This document shows, one piece after another, positions 49,656-60,137 of a stretch of DNA of 64,000 nucleotides. The stretch is from positions 160,001 to 224,000 of the forward strand of contig JBALDB010000028.1 of NCBI GenBank assembly GCA_036918135.1, given 5' to 3'. Under the pieces are notes generated by a model that was not told the DNA's origin, made no database searches, and was given only the letters and a program-made list of their open reading frames with translations. Position 1 is the first letter of the stretch; each line of letters opens with the position of its first letter. Source of the DNA: Nostoc sp. Lineage in GTDB: Bacteria > Cyanobacteriota > Cyanobacteriia > Cyanobacteriales > Nostocaceae. Both the position numbers and the translations under genes were made by a program.

Positions 49656-51842
49656 TTATACCAGAAGCAAAAGTTTACTAATTATCGGTAGTAATTTAGT
49701 AGATGCCTCTACAAGTTTTGCTGCTTCTGGCAAGCTGGAAACAGTACCTTTCAAAATCTTAATAGCTGTTTTTGCAGCTTTTTGAAGTATATTATCCTCT
49801 GGTTTTTGGGCCGCCTCTGCTAAAGTTTTTATTTGCTCTAAAGCTTCGGCTTTATCTTCTTCAGGTAGATTTGGTTCAGCTTCAATAGCCGCCTGCAATT
49901 GAACTAATAACTCTTTAAGACTAGGCTTGTCTGGTTCAGAAGAGTCAGGTAAATTGCTAATAGTGTTGGTGACTGACCCCCTAATTTCTCCGATGATAAC
50001 TCCTGTCATTTTTTGATTTTCTCCAGCAGCAGCTATACCGCTAACACTTCCTTCAACATTATCAATGCTGATATTACCTTTACTTTGAGACATAATGAAT
50101 TCTCCTTGATGTTGATAAGTTTCTACATAAAACTTAGGTTGTTGTATAGCAGATACTAAAAGTTTTTCTAACATCTGAATTTGCTGGTTTTTTTCTGTAA
50201 TTCCTGCAAATATCCCTTGCATTTTACTAGAAGATAAAGTTTTAATATTATCATATTTTTCAAAATACTCTGCGCTTAATTCAGAGCGATCGGCTGTTCC
50301 TTTAACTTTAACTTGAAGTCTAATTTTTTCGTTACCTCTTCCTTCTAAAGCTACAACTTCAATTCCAGCTTGAGGATATTTATCAGCTAGTTCTTGCAGT
50401 GCAACTGCTGCGGCTCTGGGATCAATTCCATTACGATGGAAAATATCAATGCTTTTGAAAGTCGTTGCAACTTTCCGCATATCAACATTTTGACTACGAT
50501 ATAAATCAAGTGTTTTGATCATAGGAGCAATAAAGTCAGAAAAATCCCCTTCTTGAAAGCTTTCCTCATTATTGTCAGGTTTTCGATAAGGATCGGGATC
50601 GAGCTTCGTTGGGAGTCGCATGTATACATGTTCGCATTCCACTTGAAGTAGCTTAGTTTCAATTGAAATCCCCCAGTTCTGAATATAAGCTCCAGTTAAA
50701 CATGCTTTTGTCAGGTCTGTACGATATAGCTGTGTTTGTACAAGTTTTGCCATAGATAATGTAGCCTGCTGTAAATTGGCTTCACTAAGATTTGCCCCAA
50801 TAAAACTAGCGTCTTTGAGATTGGCATTCTGTAAATTTAAACCTGCAAGATTTCGGTAGTCAAAGTTTTTACCTCTGCCGTCTTTAGTAAGTACTAATTG
50901 TCGTATATCCTGTTCTTCCAAATAAGTTTCTTCAACACAAGCTAGATTGAGCTTTTGAGTATGTAACCAGCAGGTACGAATTAGATTAGCTTTTCTAAAA
51001 TCTGTGTTTTTAAGTGTTGCTCCTGTGAAATCTGCATCCGTTAAATCAGCACCACGAAAGCTTGTACCACTTATAGCAGCAAAGTCAATGGCAATTCTCC
51101 TAATCCATACTAATTCTTTATTTGTGCCTGTAGCTTTCCAAGCAAGATAATTATTAAAAAATGATATTGCTATGCTTACAAGAACGCTTAGAACTTTAAT
51201 CTCTTTCTTCGCGGCAAATAAACCTGGAATTAAAAATGGAATAATCCCAGCAGAAAAAATAGATATAATTATAACTATAGCTACAGCTATATTTATACTA
51301 TTAACCAAGTTCACAGCTAATATTTCAACTAAAGCTGATATGAAAAGTAGAGAAACAGATAACAGTAAAAAGATAACTACAGGTGTAAATGCGAATTTAT
51401 TTTTGATGAAATAATCTAAAGTTATTGTTATAGGAATAGCTAAAATTATCAATACTGATAGACTTTTAATTCCTGCTATAATTCCTTTTTGAATAGTAAT
51501 AATAGAAATATATAACAGAATAAATAAGACTAATAGACCAGGTACATAAGAAAGTTCTCCAAATTCTTTTCTGTTATTAGAAGTTAGTAATTGTGTAGCG
51601 AAAATCCCAACACTAGTGGAGAGTATTCCTGCTAATGCTGCTAAAAGTAATGTAACTAAAAACCAAATAAGTATCCAGTAAGTTTGCAGTCCGGCTCTTA
51701 CGCGACTAAAGTTGGCATTTTTGAGGATAGCATTGTCAAATTTTGCCCCTCGTATATTAGCACCACTAAAATCTTGATTTGTCAGATCGCAGTCCTTAAA
51801 GGAACGACCTTGAAGATTCGCATTATGGTAATTTTTAATCAT
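49656..51842 (-). CDS. Pentapeptide-repeat membrane protein
   Basis: A(D/N)LxX repeats flank a multi-TM segment; C-terminal helical domain (LLVQLQAAIE..DKAEALEQ). Confidence 0.88.
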   Translation of the reverse strand: MIKNYHNANLQGRSFKDCDLTNQDFSGANIRGAKFDNAILKNANFSRVRAGLQTYWILIWFLVTLLLAALAGILSTSVGIFATQLLTSNNRKEFGELSYVPGLLVLFILLYISIITIQKGIIAGIKSLSVLIILAIPITITLDYFIKNKFAFTPVVIFLLLSVSLLFISALVEILAVNLVNSINIAVAIVIIISIFSAGIIPFLIPGLFAAKKEIKVLSVLVSIAISFFNNYLAWKATGTNKELVWIRRIAIDFAAISGTSFRGADLTDADFTGATLKNTDFRKANLIRTCWLHTQKLNLACVEETYLEEQDIRQLVLTKDGRGKNFDYRNLAGLNLQNANLKDASFIGANLSEANLQQATLSMAKLVQTQLYRTDLTKACLTGAYIQNWGISIETKLLQVECEHVYMRLPTKLDPDPYRKPDNNEESFQEGDFSDFIAPMIKTLDLYRSQNVDMRKVATTFKSIDIFHRNGIDPRAAAVALQELADKYPQAGIEVVALEGRGNEKIRLQVKVKGTADRSELSAEYFEKYDNIKTLSSSKMQGIFAGITEKNQQIQMLEKLLVSAIQQPKFYVETYQHQGEFIMSQSKGNISIDNVEGSVSGIAAAGENQKMTGVIIGEIRGSVTNTISNLPDSSEPDKPSLKELLVQLQAAIEAEPNLPEEDKAEALEQIKTLAEAAQKPEDNILQKAAKTAIKILKGTVSSLPEAAKLVEASTKLLPIISKLLLLV

Positions 51843-52198
51843 TAGCAGTAGTGCTTAATAATTTTAAGTAAGTCTGCTTTCAGAAAAACCTTAAACAAAG
51901 TTAAATTAACTGCCATAAATCAAAAACTTATAAATTTATTGATTAAGAAAATTTTACTAACAGAACTAAAACATTTTTTAGTAAGAAATAAGCCTCAAAT
52001 TAATGTAATTAGAATACATTACTATTCAATATTAGCTAATACACAGATAGCTCCAGAAACTAAATATAAATTTGAGATTATTTTATGAGTATTTTTTATT
52101 TAAGCCCTATTAATAAATAAAAATTATAAGATAAATGTTTAAGTATGATTGTGTCTAATTTAATTTGTAGCATTCAAGTTTTAGATTTAAATTTTTAA

Positions 52199-52786
52199 TT
52201 AAATGTAACGAACTGAATTATTTATATCGAAAACAATCTGGCAGACATGACCTTTAAAAGTAAAACAGAATACAACTAGCGAGTTTGGATTAGATTTAGC
52301 TAATAAATTTCCTACTTGATAGGAAGTAGTTTTAACTATTTCTTCTGAACCTTTAATAGATTTAGATCTCTGAGCTATTTGGAGTGTACCTAATTTATCT
52401 GATGATAATCGAAACTTATCTGGATGAGCAATAAACCAAAATAGCCCATCTTTTTTTGATTTTTGCAATCTACCATTTGATTTTAAATATCTTACTTTAT
52501 TACCAGCAGCTTTATTAATATTCTCAAAAAATTTATTGTTTAAGTGAATCTTCTCACCACGTACAAGACGTTCTATTTGCTCCTCAGATAAGCCCCATTT
52601 CCGATCGAAGGATATATAACGAATTTTATCAGAGTTGTCTTTAAACCTTTGAAAAATATTTTTATTTGCAAATGTTGAATAGCTTTGTTTAACTGATGCA
52701 TGATTACTTAACAAGGCAATTGTATATTCGGTGGGAGGTAGTTGATTTACTACAGCTATGTGCATTCCAATAAGCATTATCAGCAT
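52199..52786 (-). CDS. Hypothetical protein (AT-rich)
   Basis: 195-aa ORF in a very AT-rich region; no recognised motif. Confidence 0.55.
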   Translation of the reverse strand: MLIMLIGMHIAVVNQLPPTEYTIALLSNHASVKQSYSTFANKNIFQRFKDNSDKIRYISFDRKWGLSEEQIERLVRGEKIHLNNKFFENINKAAGNKVRYLKSNGRLQKSKKDGLFWFIAHPDKFRLSSDKLGTLQIAQRSKSIKGSEEIVKTTSYQVGNLLAKSNPNSLVVFCFTFKGHVCQIVFDINNSVRYI

Positions 52787-52988
52787 ATATTTTTTCTTTT
52801 TCTAGAAGATTAATGGCTATACAAAAATTCAACATACTTTAGGCAAGAGTATCACAATTGAGTATATCATTTAAAATCTAATTTTTTTAATGCATTATGT
52901 AAAATATTGAATATCTTAATGACTTTTAAGCAATTTTATATTACTCTGATTAAAGAATATTTAAAATTTCCATGTCAGTACTTGTTTA

Positions 52989-53219
52989 CAAACAAATATT
53001 TGTTGGCTTTGCTGAGAAAATGAAGCCTTAAAAAAATTTAAATCAGCATTTTATTATTCTTTTATCAGAGAGATAAAAGAACATTAAGCTATTTGCCTAT
53101 TAGTGCTTGCTCTCAAACAAATATTTGTTGGCTTTGCTGAGAAAACAAAGCTTTAAAAAAGATTCAAATCAGCATTTTATTATTCTTTTATCAGAGAGAT
53201 AAAAGAACATTAAGATATT
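52989..53219. repeat. Two ~105-bp direct repeats (period ~125 bp), each with a hairpin
   Basis: CAAACAAATATTTGTTGGCTTTGCTGAGAAAA...TTCTTTTATC-AGAGA-GATAAAAGAA-CATTAAG at 52989 and 53114. Confidence 0.92.
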
Positions 53220-53452
53220 CTTTAATGGAGTTTAAACTAGATAGCCAATCGAAAGAGAAAAATAAGGGATGTACTTGAATACAAGCTTCTATTAGCAGAA
53301 TCACCACCACAGCAACAGAAATTGATGCAGTTTTACGTCAAACATATACCAACACAGGGTTGTCCGTTGTTAGCAAGATATCATGCTATTTAGTCATGCC
53401 CGAATGCGGTAACTCTACAAAAAATCAGAACTTTAAAGAACACAGAGAAACA

Positions 53453-54175
53453 TTAAGGCACAAATGCCAAAACCCCCACAGGACAACCAGAACCACCACG
53501 TAATCTCAGAATTGCGATCGCTAAAGTAGTACCTAATGGTGGCAGTTGATCCAAATTGGTGAGATTCTCTAGCACAATGCGCGGTTGTTCTAATACCAGG
53601 CGGTTAGTAGCAAAGCTGTTATCTTGTCCTGGGTCTACACCATGAGTATCAATTCCTACCCCAGCTATTTGCCGTTGCTCAAGTAAAAATTGCGTGGCAT
53701 CACTACCAAACCCTGGAAAGTGGCTAATTCCTTCCGCATCATGATTGAAGAATGCATTTTTATCAAACCACTTTTTTTGCCAACCAGTATTCAGTATAAC
53801 TACGCAGTTAGCAGGAATTTCACCGTGTTGTTCCTCCCAAGCCAGAACATCAGCGATTGTCAGGGCATAATCAAAATTAACTTTGACAGCTTCACGGATA
53901 TCTATGACTACTGCGGGTACAACTAAAGACTGGGCTGGGTATTGGTCTATTCCGATACTATGACTATAAAAGCTATTAGGAGCATTGATATGGGTAGCGC
54001 TATGTTCCCCCAAGGAAAAACGCCGCAGGTAATAGCCATCGTTGTTCAATTGAGCTACAGTTTCAAATTCTACTGGGGGATCGCCAGGCCATTGGGGAAT
54101 GTCCAAGTCAATGACATGACTTAAGTGGATAACACGTGTGTAGGTGATACTCTTTTGATTTTCAGGTTGTATCAT
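53453..54175 (-). CDS. Cyclase family protein (kynurenine formamidase-like metal hydrolase)
   Basis: WPGDP, GEHSATHINAP, VGIDTHGVD, LENL, GGSG. Confidence 0.88.
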   Translation of the reverse strand: MIQPENQKSITYTRVIHLSHVIDLDIPQWPGDPPVEFETVAQLNNDGYYLRRFSLGEHSATHINAPNSFYSHSIGIDQYPAQSLVVPAVVIDIREAVKVNFDYALTIADVLAWEEQHGEIPANCVVILNTGWQKKWFDKNAFFNHDAEGISHFPGFGSDATQFLLEQRQIAGVGIDTHGVDPGQDNSFATNRLVLEQPRIVLENLTNLDQLPPLGTTLAIAILRLRGGSGCPVGVLAFVP

Positions 54176-54642
54176 CCCAGCCTTCTATTTAATAAAACAA
54201 AGGATTTCTCTCAAAAATGCGATGTTTAGCCTGGATTTTTAGAAAGTAATAATACAGTATTGCATTGCCCAGTGCGATCGCCGCAGCTGATTTTGCGATC
54301 GGTCACCTTGCAATACGCTTAGGTTAACGAAATTTATCTGCTGAGCTAGGCAGGGGAAGCCCTTGAGGCAGGGAGAGCAAAAAAGGACTATCTCAAACGT
54401 ATTGGGTAACTATGGGCATTGATGAAGCTCAAAGAGAGATTTGAAAAATTAAAATCCACATTAGTGCTATTTTTAACAATTTTATTAAGTACTAGCTTCG
54501 ACTCACTAGCATTGAATACTAGAAATTAAATAAAACGGTGCGTTAGCCTTTGGTATAACGCACCCTACTAAAAAACTGTTTTATAATGCCCGATCCCCTA
54601 TTTTCAAGACAAGTTTAGTTGTCGTAAAATACTTGTCTCAGA

Positions 54643-55428
54643 TCAAAAATCTAGAACTGGCCAGTCTGGTTGGCGATAGTAGCGTGTCATGTCATCAAAC
54701 TTACGCAACTCGACGCGATCGAGCAAAAATTCTGGCAAATTTAACAACCATTGTTGATTTAACTCAGAAAACATTGTACTGAAGCTTGTGCGGTCTAAGT
54801 CAGATGGAATTTCCCCAAAATAGGCTAATGTAATATGCGCTGTAAAGTGATAGTGCTGCTCGATACCCAAAGCAATTAACTTCGGGTTTTGATAAATTGT
54901 TCGGCGAAATTGAATAATTTCCTCGTAGCAGCGTTCATTCTGAGGTATTAAACAAACAGCTACAGCTCTTGGCATCAGTATTAATCCCAGCATTTGCCAT
55001 TGAATAGGATGATTCCTTGTCATCAATCGTTGATATTGCTGAAATATTTGGGTTAAACAAGAGTGTAACTCGTTATCAAATTTGGGATTTTTTTCGCAGG
55101 CGTCAAGGTAAGCATTATCCCAAATTAAATCAGCTAAAGTCAGATGGAAGCTAGCTGGAGGTACGGGTACGATTAAGTCACGGTTTACAGGTAACTGTAA
55201 AAGTTCCTCTTGGTAAATCTGTAATTTGGCATAGAAAGCAGAGTTTTCTGATTCTTCTTCCGCAGGCGGAGTCATTAACGTATAGCCAGGAAAGGGTGCT
55301 GCTTGTCTCACCCCAGAATTTGCCTGAAATTTAGAAGATTCCTGGATATGCTGGGCTTGGGATCTGTATGCTTCTGGCAGTGTCAGCCGTGCTAACCGAT
55401 TTAAGTAAGTTTGATAGTTGTCGTCCAA
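54643..55428 (-). CDS. DUF1868 / 2H phosphoesterase-like protein
   Basis: PFPGYT; two HxT motifs (SFHLTL, AHITL). Confidence 0.78.
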   Translation of the reverse strand: MDDNYQTYLNRLARLTLPEAYRSQAQHIQESSKFQANSGVRQAAPFPGYTLMTPPAEEESENSAFYAKLQIYQEELLQLPVNRDLIVPVPPASFHLTLADLIWDNAYLDACEKNPKFDNELHSCLTQIFQQYQRLMTRNHPIQWQMLGLILMPRAVAVCLIPQNERCYEEIIQFRRTIYQNPKLIALGIEQHYHFTAHITLAYFGEIPSDLDRTSFSTMFSELNQQWLLNLPEFLLDRVELRKFDDMTRYYRQPDWPVLDF

Positions 55429-55524
55429 TCTTCATAGCCTCACGCTCTCACTTGATAGATTTTAGGGAAAATTATTCAGATTAACAGAATCATCTCAAAA
55501 GTATTTAGTTTTTTAATGTAACGA

Positions 55525-55660
55525 TTGGGGAGTGGGGAGATGGGGGATGGGGAAGTGTGGGGAGTGTGGAAGTGTGGGGGGAAAGATTTCTTCCCCATCT
55601 TCCCACACCCCCCATCCTCCCACACCTCCATTTGTTCCCCATCCTCCCACACTCCCTGTT
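55525..55660. repeat. Purine/pyrimidine imperfect inverted repeat
   Basis: GGGGAGTGGGGAGATGG..AAGATTTCTT..CCCATCTTCCCACACC; same family as 18467. Confidence 0.65.
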
Positions 55661-55690
55661 TGCCTGATGCCCCCATTAAGAGGTAACTCT

Positions 55691-56686
55691 ATGCCAATCT
55701 ACGTTTACTGGGGTGAGGATGATTTTGCTATGGAAAAAGCGATCGCTATGCTGCGCGATCGCGTCCTCGATCCCCAATGGATCGGTTTTAACTACACTTC
55801 ATTTCCACCGGAGCGAGCTGATGCTGCTATTGAGGCGTTAAATCAGGTGATGACGCCAACTTTTGGCGCTGGTGGACGCTTGGTGTGGCTGATTAACACT
55901 ACTGTTTGCCAGCACTGTCCAGAGAATGTATTGGCAGAATTGGGGCGATCGCTACCAGTGATTCCGGAAAACTCTTTTTTATTGTTCACCAGCCGTAACA
56001 AACCCGATGAACGACTCAAATCTACGAAATTGTTAAAACAATTTGCTACCGAGTTCCGAGAATTTCCACTTATTCCTCCTTGGAAAACAGAATTACTGGT
56101 GCAATCTGTTAACCAAGCTGCTCAAACTCTGGGCGTGAAATTGACAGCGAAAACTGCTGAGTTATTGGCTGAATCTGTAGGAAATGATACACGGCTTCTC
56201 TATAATGAGATGGAAAAATTGCGTTTACATGCCCAAGGTAGTCATAAACCTTTAGACGTAGATATCATTAGTAAGTTAGTAAGAAATACTACCCAAAATA
56301 GTTTACAATTAGCAGCAGCAATTAGAACAGGAGACACAGGAAAAGCTTTGATTACGTTAGCCGATCTCATCAATGCTTCTGAGCCTGGATTACGGATAGT
56401 GTCTACACTAATTGGACAATTTCGCACCTGGCTATGGGTAAAGATTATGATGGAAAGCGGTGAGCGAAATCAACAAGCGATCGCTCAAGCTGCTGATATC
56501 GGCAATCCTAAACGCATCTACTTTTTACAGCAAGAAATTAAGCTCCTTTGTGTAGAGCAGTTAATCTCTTGCTTACCCCTGCTACTGGAGTTAGAAGTCA
56601 GCCTTAAACAAGGAGCATCAGAAATGTCAGCACTCCAAACTAAAGTAATTGAACTTTGTCAAATATGTCGAGGAAGTTCACAATAA
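55691..56686 (+). CDS. holA: DNA polymerase III subunit delta
   Basis: MPIYVYWGEDDF, TPTFGAGGRLVW, KPDERLKSTK, GNPKRIYFL. Confidence 0.92.
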   Translation: MPIYVYWGEDDFAMEKAIAMLRDRVLDPQWIGFNYTSFPPERADAAIEALNQVMTPTFGAGGRLVWLINTTVCQHCPENVLAELGRSLPVIPENSFLLFTSRNKPDERLKSTKLLKQFATEFREFPLIPPWKTELLVQSVNQAAQTLGVKLTAKTAELLAESVGNDTRLLYNEMEKLRLHAQGSHKPLDVDIISKLVRNTTQNSLQLAAAIRTGDTGKALITLADLINASEPGLRIVSTLIGQFRTWLWVKIMMESGERNQQAIAQAADIGNPKRIYFLQQEIKLLCVEQLISCLPLLLELEVSLKQGASEMSALQTKVIELCQICRGSSQ

Positions 56687-56788
56687 ATATAAAAGCTTGA
56701 TGTATTGGGCAATTACTGGAACTTCCTACTCCGAAAATAATTCAAAGTTGTTATAAGATACCTGATGTAGTTTTGTATTACACACAAT

Positions 56789-57256
56789 ATGAAGAAAATT
56801 TCTCATTTCTTTTCTCAATCTAACCGAAAGCGAATCCTTTCCCAATCATTATTTTTCGGTTTTGTAGCCACTGTGGGTTTGATTTCCAACGGTTTTTCAT
56901 CAAGTTCAAAAGTTTATGGTCAAACTCCACCAGTTAACAATACAGAAATTAAAAGCTATGCCCAAGCGGTGCTAGCAATGGAACCAGCGCGTCAAAACGC
57001 GTTTGAAGAAATTAAAAAACTTATTGGCAGTGGAGAAATTCCCAAGATTGTTTGTAATGATTCTAACAGCATCAATGGTCTTCCCAGAAAAGCTCAAGAT
57101 ATTGCAGTTAATTACTGTACCCGTTCTCAAAAAATTGTCGAAGATAATGGTCTGAGCATTGATCGTTTCAACAAAATTACTATAGAACTGCAAAATAACA
57201 ATAACTTAAAACGGGAGGTATATAATACCTTATTAATCCTGCAACAAACTCCATAA
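56789..57256 (+). CDS. DUF4168 domain protein
   Basis: Signal-like N-terminus, YAQAVLAMEP, IVEDNGLSIDRFNKIT. Confidence 0.78.
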   Translation: MKKISHFFSQSNRKRILSQSLFFGFVATVGLISNGFSSSSKVYGQTPPVNNTEIKSYAQAVLAMEPARQNAFEEIKKLIGSGEIPKIVCNDSNSINGLPRKAQDIAVNYCTRSQKIVEDNGLSIDRFNKITIELQNNNNLKREVYNTLLILQQTP

Positions 57257-57490
57257 ATGAGATAGGGACATAGCATTACTATGTTTATGTTAAAATAAAA
57301 ATTAGAGATTACCATATTAAACCTGTAAGCAGTCAACAGTTATCAGAAAACATTGGGAACTGATAACTGGTAATTTTTTATTACTGGGTAGTAGCATAAC
57401 CCCAAAATCGGATTTTTAGCAGATAAATTCCTATCTTTGCTTTGTTTATTTAATAGTTTTGACGTTATGAATTAAAAGCTTTACTGATGC

Positions 57491-57823
57491 TTATTGTTTA
57501 ATTTTTAATAAAGGTAGCACCTTCTGTTTTAACAATTCAATTAAAGCTGGTTCCATATACTCATATTCATCTGGTATATCTAAACATATAATTTTTTTAT
57601 CTCTAAGGCAGCGCTGAAAATTTTTTGATAGCTTGTTTTTATGCGATTTTTCCATAACAAAGATAATATCAGCCCAAGCAAGTGCCTCTGTTGAAACTGG
57701 TACTTCTGTGTATCGGTCTAAACCAGCCGAGTCCGTTTCAAATCCTTGATATTCAGAAAACACAGCTTCGGCGGTAGGACTTCGCAACCTATTTCGACTA
57801 CAAATAAATAAAAGCTTTTTCAT
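57491..57823 (-). CDS. Low-molecular-weight protein tyrosine phosphatase family protein
   Basis: LFICSRNRLRSPTAE (CX5R), WADIIFVME, LDIPDEY. Confidence 0.9.
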   Translation of the reverse strand: MKKLLFICSRNRLRSPTAEAVFSEYQGFETDSAGLDRYTEVPVSTEALAWADIIFVMEKSHKNKLSKNFQRCLRDKKIICLDIPDEYEYMEPALIELLKQKVLPLLKIKQ

Positions 57824-57843
57824 TAAAAGGTTGTCTTTGACTG

Positions 57844-58236
57844 CTAATTCATCAGCAAAACACGCAATTTTCGATTTTTAAAGTCTGGTTCTAACCTTAA
57901 AACTTCCATTGGCGTTACACCTGAAAGCGCATAAGGTACTTCTGTAAGTTCCAAACAATCAAAAGTTCCTTGCCTTTCTCCAATACTTAATTCAACATCT
58001 CGAAAAATTCGCCCTTGCTGCACTCCAGCTGCAGTTTCTACCTGAGCTTCTCCACCTTGAACTAAACCTAGTTGACTAATAACGCTAGTAGGTAAACACA
58101 GTAATGTTAAACCTGTATCAACTAAAACATCATCCAGCGTACAAGAGCGTACTTCCTCCAAAGAAATAAAGCCTCGCCCAGCCAGAACTCGCTCGATTCG
58201 ATTTGTGACAGTGAGGGTAACTATTACTTGTCCCAT
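57844..58236 (-). CDS. Clan AA aspartyl-protease-like protein, possibly degenerating
   Basis: MGQV.V..TVTN, LVDTG..LLCLP; an in-frame TAG separates it from an upstream ATG at 58275. Confidence 0.65.
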   Translation of the reverse strand: MGQVIVTLTVTNRIERVLAGRGFISLEEVRSCTLDDVLVDTGLTLLCLPTSVISQLGLVQGGEAQVETAAGVQQGRIFRDVELSIGERQGTFDCLELTEVPYALSGVTPMEVLRLEPDFKNRKLRVLLMN

Positions 58237-58423
58237 CTGCTTACCCTAAAGATTTGGCAGTACTAGCTTACCCATTTGAGTTAACTCTTGGTGAGGATTT
58301 TAAATTTATTGTAGTTGAGTAATAACCAGAGCTAGTTTCAATCCTTAAGCGACGAGGAGTGTACGAAAAAGTAGTACAGTGAAAAATGCATCTAGTAGCG
58401 TTAGGATCTTGACTAAATTACCT

Positions 58424-59155
58424 GTGCGAAAAATAGTTATTGCCGGTAACTGGAAAATGTACAAAACCCAGGCAGAGTCCGAAGACTTTTTACGAGGATT
58501 TTTGCCCTACCTACAAGAAACGCCTGAAGAACGTGAAGTACTATTGTGCCCTCCTTTCACTGACCTCAGCGTTTTGTCTAGGAATTTACATGGTAGTCGG
58601 GTGCAACTGGGGGCACAAAATGTGCATTGGGATGAATTTGGAGCCTACACGGGTGAAATTTCTGCCCCAATGCTGACAGAAATTGGCGCGCGTTTTGTGA
58701 TTGTCGGTCATAGCGAACGCCGACAATACTTTGGTGAAACGGACGCCACTGTTAATCTGCGCCTGAGAACAGCTCAAAGGTTTGGTTTGACGCCAATTCT
58801 CTGTGTTGGCGAAACTAAACAACAACGAGATAACGGAGAAACTGAATCATTCATTACTCTCCAACTCGACAAAGGTTTGGTAGATATCGATCGAGAAAAT
58901 TTGGTGATAGCCTATGAACCAATTTGGGCAATTGGGACTGGTGATACTTGTGAAGCTGTCGAAGCTAATCGAATAATTGGCTTAATTCGTAGCCAATTGA
59001 GCAATCCAAATGTATCAATTCAATATGGTGGCTCAGTCAAGCCGAATAATATTGATGAAATCATGGCTCAACCAGAAATTGATGGCGTTTTAGTGGGAGG
59101 AGCAAGTCTCGACCCTGAGAGTTTCGCTCGGATTGTCAATTATAAGTTAGTCTGA
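58424..59155 (+). CDS. tpiA: Triosephosphate isomerase
   Basis: [39 protein letters not shown] start at 58424. Confidence 0.97.
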   Translation: MRKIVIAGNWKMYKTQAESEDFLRGFLPYLQETPEEREVLLCPPFTDLSVLSRNLHGSRVQLGAQNVHWDEFGAYTGEISAPMLTEIGARFVIVGHSERRQYFGETDATVNLRLRTAQRFGLTPILCVGETKQQRDNGETESFITLQLDKGLVDIDRENLVIAYEPIWAIGTGDTCEAVEANRIIGLIRSQLSNPNVSIQYGGSVKPNNIDEIMAQPEIDGVLVGGASLDPESFARIVNYKLV

Positions 59156-59167
59156 TGTGTCTTTTTT

Positions 59168-59192
59168 CGTTCCCATGCTGTGCATGGGAATG
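59168..59192. repeat. REP-like palindrome
   Basis: CGTTCCCATGC-TGT-GCATGGGAATG. Confidence 0.55.
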
Positions 59193-59280
59193 GTTAATAT
59201 CGCCGCAAGCCTTAGCTTCGATTTTTGAGTTTATCTGTGAAGTACTCTGAATTCTGACTTTTGAATTCTGACTTCTTTTT

Positions 59281-60132
59281 ATGCCAAGTAACTTGATAAT
59301 TCGAGGACGCTGTTTCGAGTGGGGACAGCGAACTTATTTGATGGGCATTTTGAATGTGACACCTGATAGCTTTAGCGATGGAGGTGAGTTTGACACGACC
59401 TCTGCGGCTTTAGTCCAGGCGCAAGCATTGGTGGCTGCTGGCGCTGACATTATCGATGTGGGTGGTCAATCAACTCGACCAGGAGCAAAACAAATAACTC
59501 TCCAAGAGGAACTTGACCGGGTGCTATCGGTGTTACAGGTACTTAGAGGAGAAATTTCAGTACCGATTTCTGTAGATACTACCCGTGCTGCTGTAGCAAG
59601 AGCCTCTGTAGAAGCTGGAGCGGATATGATTAATGATATTTCTGGCGGTAGCTTTGACTGGGAAATGTTGCCAACAGCGGCCAGTTTAGGTGTGCCAATT
59701 ATTTTAATGCACATCCGAGGAACACCACAAACGATGCAACAGATGACAGATTATCAGGATTTGATGGTAGAAATTTTTAGTTTTTTGCAAAACCAAATCG
59801 CGGCTGCAACTGCTGCTGGCGTTGACCGGGATCGGGTGATTATCGATCCTGGGATTGGTTTTGCGAAGAATTATCAGCAAAATTTAAAAATTTTTCAACA
59901 ATTGCGATCGCTCACAGCACTTAACTGTCCTATTTTAGTAGGAGCATCTCGTAAAAGTTTCATTGGTCGGATTCTCAATCAACCAGATCCCAAAGCACGA
60001 GTTTGGGGAACCGCAGCAGCTTGTTGTGCTGCTATCGCGAATGGCGCTGATATCCTGCGAGTTCACGATGTCCAACAAATGCGAGATGTTTCCCTGGTAG
60101 CCGATGCAATATTCCGACAAGCCGCACAGTAG
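59281..60132 (+). CDS. folP: Dihydropteroate synthase
   Basis: MGILNVTPDSFSDGG, GGQSTRPG, SVDT, IDPGIGF, SRKSF, LRVHDV. Confidence 0.96.
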   Translation: MPSNLIIRGRCFEWGQRTYLMGILNVTPDSFSDGGEFDTTSAALVQAQALVAAGADIIDVGGQSTRPGAKQITLQEELDRVLSVLQVLRGEISVPISVDTTRAAVARASVEAGADMINDISGGSFDWEMLPTAASLGVPIILMHIRGTPQTMQQMTDYQDLMVEIFSFLQNQIAAATAAGVDRDRVIIDPGIGFAKNYQQNLKIFQQLRSLTALNCPILVGASRKSFIGRILNQPDPKARVWGTAAACCAAIANGADILRVHDVQQMRDVSLVADAIFRQAAQ

Positions 60133-60137
60133 GATTT

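Noticed and set aside
55476..55690. 66-aa minus ORF and the long N-terminal extension of HolA
   Set aside because: Both are translations of the G-rich/C-rich intergenic repeat; HolA similarity starts at ATG 55691
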